From the NCBI GenBank assembly GCA_963843575.1, contig CAWJKZ010000014.1:288001-352000 (forward strand): a DNA stretch of 64,000 bases. Direction: 5' to 3'. A program made the position numbers and the translations under genes. The DNA comes from an uncultured Acidobacteriota bacterium (GTDB taxonomy: Bacteria > Acidobacteriota > UBA6911). This document shows positions 59,156 to 64,000 of this stretch, piece by piece. Positions within the stretch are counted from its first letter, which is position 1, and each line of letters opens with the position of its first letter. The notes under the pieces were generated by a model, which searched no databases, had not been told where the DNA came from, and worked only from the letters and a program-made list of their open reading frames with translations.

Positions 59156-60769
59156 ATGGCCAAGTATATTTTCATCACGGGTGGTGTGGTTTCCAGTCTC
59201 GGCAAGGGTTTGACTGCGGCATCCCTGGGCCGGATCCTGCTGAGCCGCGGGCTGAACATACGCATGCTCAAGATCGACCCGTACCTGAACGTCGATCCGG
59301 GCACCATGAGTCCGTACCAGCACGGCGAGGTCTACGTCACCGAGGACGGGGCGGAGACCGACCTCGACCTCGGGCACTACGAGCGGTTCACGGGCCAGCC
59401 GACGTCAAGCAGAAGCAATTTCACCGCGGGCCGCGTCTACTGGGAGGTCCTGAAGAAGGAACGCCACGGAGACTACCTCGGCGGTACGGTCCAGATGATC
59501 CCGCACATCACGGATGAGATCAAAGCCCACATCCGCGCCCTGGACGCGAAGGGTGTCGACATTGTCGTCGGCGAGGTCGGCGGCACGGTGGGCGACATCG
59601 AGGGACTGACCTTCCTGGAGGCCATCCGCCAGATCGGGCTGGAGGAGGGGCGGGACAACGTGATGTACGTTCACCTGACCTACGTCCCCTTCATCAAGGC
59701 CGCCGGCGAGGTGAAGACCAAGCCCTCCCAGCAGAGCGTCGCCAAGTTGCGGGAAATCGGCATAACCCCGGACGCCCTGATCTGCCGGACCGAGGTCAAG
59801 CTCTCCGACGAGGTCAGGAAGAAGCTCTCGCTCTTCTGCAACGTCCCGTTAGACGCGGTTATCGAGGAGCGCGACGTCCAGCACACCATCTACGAACTCC
59901 CCCTGGTGCTCTCCGAACAGGGGTTGGACGAAATCATCATGGTGCATTTCCGCTTGGCCCGCCCGCCGGCCAAGCTGCAGCCGTGGCGCAACCTCGTCGA
60001 GACCATCGTGCATCCCAAGCACCGGGTGCGCATCGCCGTGGTCGGCAAGTACTCCGAGTTGCAGGACGCCTACAAGTCCATCTTCGAGGCGATCCATCAC
60101 GGCGGGTACGCGCACGAGGCACAGGTCGAGATCGTGAAGATCGCGGCGGAGGACATCGAGGAAGGCAAGCACCTGAACGACCTCAAGAAGGTCTCGGGTA
60201 TCCTCGTCCCCGGCGGCTTCGGCACCCGTGGGATCGAGGGGAAGATCTCGGCGGTGCGGTACGCGCGCGAAAAGAAGATCCCCTTTCTCGGCATCTGCCT
60301 CGGCCTGCAATGCGCGGTGATCGAATTCGCGCGCCACGCCTGCGGGTTGAAGGGGGCGCACACGACCGAGATAGACCCGGCCACGCCGCATCCGGTGGTC
60401 TGCCTCATGGAAGAGCAGGAGAAGGTCACCAACCTGGGGGGAACCATGCGGCTGGGGACGTGGCCGTGCCTTCTCAAGACAGGCTCGCGGGCGGCCCAGG
60501 CGTACGGCGCGGGGAAGATCAGCGAGCGGCACCGCCATCGCTACGAGGTGAACAACGAATATCGCGCCGCGCTGACCGGCCGCGGCATGGTGCTCTCCGG
60601 GTTGTCGCCGGACGGCAAGCTCGTGGAGATGGTCGAACTGGAGCATCACCCCTGGTTTGTCGCTACCCAGGCGCACCCGGAGTTCAAGTCCCAGCCGCTG
60701 GTCCCCCATCCCCTGTTCAAGGCGTTCGTGGGTGCCGCGCTCGAGCGCGCCAGGGGACGTCGAAAATAG
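59156..60769 (+). CDS. pyrG: CTP synthase
   Basis: GGVVSSLGKG, DPYLNVDPGTMSP, KTKP, GICLG, ERHRHRYE, HPE. Confidence 0.97.
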   Translation: MAKYIFITGGVVSSLGKGLTAASLGRILLSRGLNIRMLKIDPYLNVDPGTMSPYQHGEVYVTEDGAETDLDLGHYERFTGQPTSSRSNFTAGRVYWEVLKKERHGDYLGGTVQMIPHITDEIKAHIRALDAKGVDIVVGEVGGTVGDIEGLTFLEAIRQIGLEEGRDNVMYVHLTYVPFIKAAGEVKTKPSQQSVAKLREIGITPDALICRTEVKLSDEVRKKLSLFCNVPLDAVIEERDVQHTIYELPLVLSEQGLDEIIMVHFRLARPPAKLQPWRNLVETIVHPKHRVRIAVVGKYSELQDAYKSIFEAIHHGGYAHEAQVEIVKIAAEDIEEGKHLNDLKKVSGILVPGGFGTRGIEGKISAVRYAREKKIPFLGICLGLQCAVIEFARHACGLKGAHTTEIDPATPHPVVCLMEEQEKVTNLGGTMRLGTWPCLLKTGSRAAQAYGAGKISERHRHRYEVNNEYRAALTGRGMVLSGLSPDGKLVEMVELEHHPWFVATQAHPEFKSQPLVPHPLFKAFVGAALERARGRRK

Positions 60770-60824
60770 ACACGGGGCCGGCTTCCCTACCGCAGAGCAG
60801 CGGGCCGTCGCTAAGTACACAGTC

Positions 60825-61011
60825 TCATAAGTACGCTGACATATTCTTCAGGACGCAGAACAACACGGGCGATGAAAGACAAAAGCCAAAACAGAACGCA
60901 GATTCCGCGGATCCAACCGATTCACGCGGATCGGACGCGGCCTGCCACCAGGTCGATCCGTGGGGATCCGCGCGCATCCGCGTCCTGAAAAATACGTTGG
61001 CGTACTTGTGA
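60825..61011. mobile_element. MITE-like element with ~35-bp imperfect terminal inverted repeats
   Basis: TCATAAGTACGCTGACATATTCTTCAGGACG vs reverse complement of right end TCACAAGTACGCCAACGTATTTTTCAGGACG (5 mismatches in 31); interior CGCGGAT/ATCCGCG short repeats. Confidence 0.6.
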
Positions 61012-61184
61012 ACATCGGTAATAAGAGCCTGCGGGCCGCAGCCCGGAGGGGCGCGGCGGCGGGCGGGCATCTGCGGCGTTAGCGCTCCTCGACGACATCC
61101 CCACATCGCCTGCGTCGCGGCGCCTTGCATCTGCCCGCCCGGCGCTCGCGCCAAAGTGGGCCTGTTATTATTCTGTGACAGACC

Positions 61185-62159
61185 CTAAAACATCTGGGTC
61201 CGCCAGAGGTCGTGGATGTGGACCACGCCCACGATCTCTTGCCCGGGGCTCACGACCACCAGGCTCGTGATCTTCAACCGCTCCATTTTCGACAGGGCAG
61301 CCGTGGCGAGTTCTTCCGCGGCAATCGTTTTCGGGTCGCGCGTCATGCACTCCTCCGCTACCAGGCGCAAGGGGTCGGGGGATTTCTGCAGCAGCCGCCG
61401 CAGGTCGCCGTCGGAGATCACACCCGCGAGGCAACCCGTTTCGTCCGCGACGGTCGTCATGCCCAGTTTCTTGCGCGACATCTCGTAGATCACCTCGCTC
61501 ATGGAGGTGGCCAGCGACACCCGGGGCACGGACTCGCCACGATGCATCAGTTCGGCAACCCGCAGCAGCCTGCGGCCGATCGCACCGGCCGGGTGAACCT
61601 TCGCGAAATCCTCCAGACCGAATCCCTTTCGTTGCATCAACGCCATGGCAAGCGCGTCGCCCATGGCCAGCGCCGCCGCCGTGCTCGTTGTCGGCGCCAG
61701 GTCGAAGGGGCAGGCCTCTTCCGCTACGCCGACGTCCAGGTGAGCCTCCGCGTGACGCGCGAGGGTGGACTGCGGGTCGCCGGTCATGGCGACCAGGGGC
61801 ACGCCGAGCCGCTTCACGAATTCGAGGATCCGCAGTATCTCGTCGGTTTCGCCGCTCTTGGACAGGGCAAGGACAACATCTTCCGAACCCAGCAGGCCGA
61901 CGTCGCCGTGCAGCGCCTCCGCGGCGTGCAGGAATATCGCCGGCGAGCCGGTGCTCGAGAGCGTGGCGGCGATCTTCTTGCAGATGATCCCGGACTTGCC
62001 CATGCCAGTGACGGCGATCTTGCCCCGGCACGCGGCAAGAATTTCGAGGGCCACGAGGAACGAATCCCCTATGCGCGGCGTAAGGGACGCAATCGCCTCG
62101 GCCTCCGCATGCAGGACCCGCAATGCGGTTTGCAGGGCAAGTGCCCGCGCCGCGCTCAA
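61185..62159 (-). CDS. kdsD: Arabinose-5-phosphate isomerase (KpsF/GutQ, SIS + CBS)
   Basis: GMGKSG, EALHGD, SKSGET, APTTST, HPAG, CBS pair. Confidence 0.93.
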   Translation of the reverse strand: MSAARALALQTALRVLHAEAEAIASLTPRIGDSFLVALEILAACRGKIAVTGMGKSGIICKKIAATLSSTGSPAIFLHAAEALHGDVGLLGSEDVVLALSKSGETDEILRILEFVKRLGVPLVAMTGDPQSTLARHAEAHLDVGVAEEACPFDLAPTTSTAAALAMGDALAMALMQRKGFGLEDFAKVHPAGAIGRRLLRVAELMHRGESVPRVSLATSMSEVIYEMSRKKLGMTTVADETGCLAGVISDGDLRRLLQKSPDPLRLVAEECMTRDPKTIAAEELATAALSKMERLKITSLVVVSPGQEIVGVVHIHDLWRTQMF

Positions 62160-62968
62160 GACGGCCTCCGGAGCGCCGAGCGGATGCGCAGGATGTCCTG
62201 CACCAGCCCGGGGAAGATCGCCAGCCGTAGGGCGTTTGGGCCGTCGGAGAGGGCATTCTCCGGACGGTCGTGGACTTCGAAAAAGAAGGCGTTCACCCCG
62301 GCACCCGCACCCGCGCGCGCGAGGTAGGGGATGAACTCCGACTGCCCCCCCGACCGGTCTCCTGCCCCCCCGGGCATCTGCACGCTGTGGGTGACGTCGA
62401 AAACGACCGGGCAGCCGAAGGAACGCATGAGGATGAGCGAGCGGAAATCGACGACCAGGTTGTTGTAGCCGAAGAACGTGCCGCGCTCGGTGACCATCAC
62501 GTTCCGGTTGCCTGTCCCTACCGCCTTATCGAGCACCTTGCGCATGTCGCCGGGAGAGAGAAACTGACCCTTCTTGATGTTGACCGCCCGTCCGCTGCGC
62601 GCGGCGGCACGGATCAGGTCCGTCTGCCGGCAGAGGAACGCGGGGATCTGCAGGACGTCGAGCACCTCGGCGGCGGCGGCGACCTGCGCGGTCTCGTGCA
62701 CGTCGCTCAGGACTGGAAGGCCCGTGACGGCGCGCGCTTTCCCGAGAATCCGCAGACCCTCCCGCAGGCCGGGGCCACGGAACGAGGAGGAAGAGGTGCG
62801 GTTGGCCTTGTCGTACGAAGCCTTGAAGATCAGGTCGATGCGCAGCCGGTCCGCCACCGCCGCCAGGCGGTCGGCGAGCTTCAGGCAGTGCCTTTCGCTC
62901 TCGATCACGCACGGGCCCGCGATGAAGAAGGGACGCGACGTGCCTAATTTCAATTGTCCGACGTTCAT
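62156..62968 (-). CDS. kdsA: KDO8P synthase
   Basis: [38 protein letters not shown]. Confidence 0.96.
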   Translation of the reverse strand: MNVGQLKLGTSRPFFIAGPCVIESERHCLKLADRLAAVADRLRIDLIFKASYDKANRTSSSSFRGPGLREGLRILGKARAVTGLPVLSDVHETAQVAAAAEVLDVLQIPAFLCRQTDLIRAAARSGRAVNIKKGQFLSPGDMRKVLDKAVGTGNRNVMVTERGTFFGYNNLVVDFRSLILMRSFGCPVVFDVTHSVQMPGGAGDRSGGQSEFIPYLARAGAGAGVNAFFFEVHDRPENALSDGPNALRLAIFPGLVQDILRIRSALRRPS

Positions 62969-63071
62969 GGCGGCGACCGGGGGCAGGTTACCAATCCCGG
63001 AGCCCCGCGGCAAGCCGCAAAACGAGGGCCGGCGCCGGCGGGAACCGGTGCGCCGCGTCGGGTTCCTGGCG

Positions 63072-63836
63072 TCAGGCCTTCCCGGAGAAGAGCGCCTCGA
63101 CTTCGGCGAGGTCTTCGGGTGTATCCACGCTTATCGAGTCCTCCAACACCCGCACGACGTGCACGGCGTGCCCGTGCTCGAGAATGCGCAGCTGCTCGAG
63201 CGATTCCGAACGCTCGAGGGGCCCGGGCTCCATCCGGACGTAGCGCAGCAGGAACTCCCGGCGGTAAAGGTAAATCCCGACATGCTTCAGATACGGGCCG
63301 CCCAGCGTTTCGCGGCCTGCCCCGCCCCCCCAATCCAACGGGGCGTTCCGGTCGTACGGAACGGGCCAGCGGGAGAAGTAGAGCGCCCTGCCCTCGCGGT
63401 CGCAGACCACCTTGACGATGTTGGGATTCAAGACGTCCGTGGCGCGCAGGAGCGGGATGGCGGCCGTGACCACGGTCAGGTCGGGACGGGCGCGCCCGAA
63501 AGCGACGAGCGCAGCCACGGTGGAGGCCGGGAGCAGCGGCTCGTCTCCCTGCAGGTTGAGGATGAGTTCCTCGGTCAGCTCTTCGGCGACCTCGGCGACA
63601 CGGTCCGAGCCGGTGCGGTGCGACGGCGAGGTCATCCAGGCCTCGCCGCCGCTCTGTTCGACCGTGCGGGCGATTTCCTCGGTGTCGGTGGCGACCACGA
63701 TCCGGTCGATGCCGGGGCACGACCTCGCCCGCTCGAGAACGCGTACAATCATCGGGACCCCGGCTATCCTGCGGAGGGGCTTCCCCGGCAACCGTGTCGA
63801 TTGCATGCGCGCAGGAATGACGGCCGCGACTCGCAT
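63072..63836 (-). CDS. kdsB: CMP-KDO synthetase
   Basis: [37 protein letters not shown]. Confidence 0.96.
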   Translation of the reverse strand: MRVAAVIPARMQSTRLPGKPLRRIAGVPMIVRVLERARSCPGIDRIVVATDTEEIARTVEQSGGEAWMTSPSHRTGSDRVAEVAEELTEELILNLQGDEPLLPASTVAALVAFGRARPDLTVVTAAIPLLRATDVLNPNIVKVVCDREGRALYFSRWPVPYDRNAPLDWGGGAGRETLGGPYLKHVGIYLYRREFLLRYVRMEPGPLERSESLEQLRILEHGHAVHVVRVLEDSISVDTPEDLAEVEALFSGKA

Positions 63837-63850
63837 GGGGCCTTGTACCG

Positions 63851-64000
63851 CTAGAAATTGATCAGCTCAATTTCCCGCGTGTCCTTGACATACTGGTTGT
63901 CGGGCTGCGGATAGCGGTACTCCTTGCCCTCGAAATTCCGCAGCACGACTTCTTTGTCGTCAAACCGGGTCGACGTACTCGGGCATGAGCGGGATCTTCC
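63851..64000 (-). CDS. C-terminus of KamA-family (lysine 2,3-aminomutase-like) radical SAM protein, truncated by window edge
   Basis: KIPLMPEYV then, after an indel, DKEVVLRNFEGKEYRYPQP, resembling the KamA C-terminal KIP...VLRNYEG motif. Confidence 0.6.
   Translation of the reverse strand, partial: GRSRSCPSTSTRFDDKEVVLRNFEGKEYRYPQPDNQYVKDTREIELINF

Overview
GC-rich bacterial chromosomal segment. It is most consistent with an Acidobacteriota lineage, judged from the fused LptF-LptG and the Oar-type carboxypeptidase-regulatory/TonB-like receptor; this taxonomy is inference. Housekeeping blocks occupy about 1-27.5 kb (miaB, thrA, lptFG, ahcY, metK, xerD, murJ, lpxD, ppdK, glyQS, recO, pssA, psd, ddl, phoH, rpsT, holA, lptE, dcd, HU) and about 53.8-64 kb (leuB, pyrG, kdsD/A/B). 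Three tRNAs are present: Ala-CGC, Val-CAC and Gly-CCC. A canonical 28-bp dif site at 3843-3870 suggests the window lies at the replication terminus. The accessory middle holds two notable systems. (1) A tightly coupled operon of two hypothetical genes, an FHA-GGDEF diguanylate cyclase (Bdellovibrio DgcB-like architecture) and a Ser/Thr kinase-HEAT protein; the cyclase and kinase carry matching acidic-Thr tail motifs. (2) A two-gene NRPS: C-A(Val)-T-C-A(Ala)-T ending not in TE or SDR-R but in an acyl-ACP-reductase (AAR/COG5322)-like domain, plus a stand-alone A-T module whose A domain lacks the amine-binding Asp. Many genes carry single-base frameshifts that look like assembly or sequencing indels.
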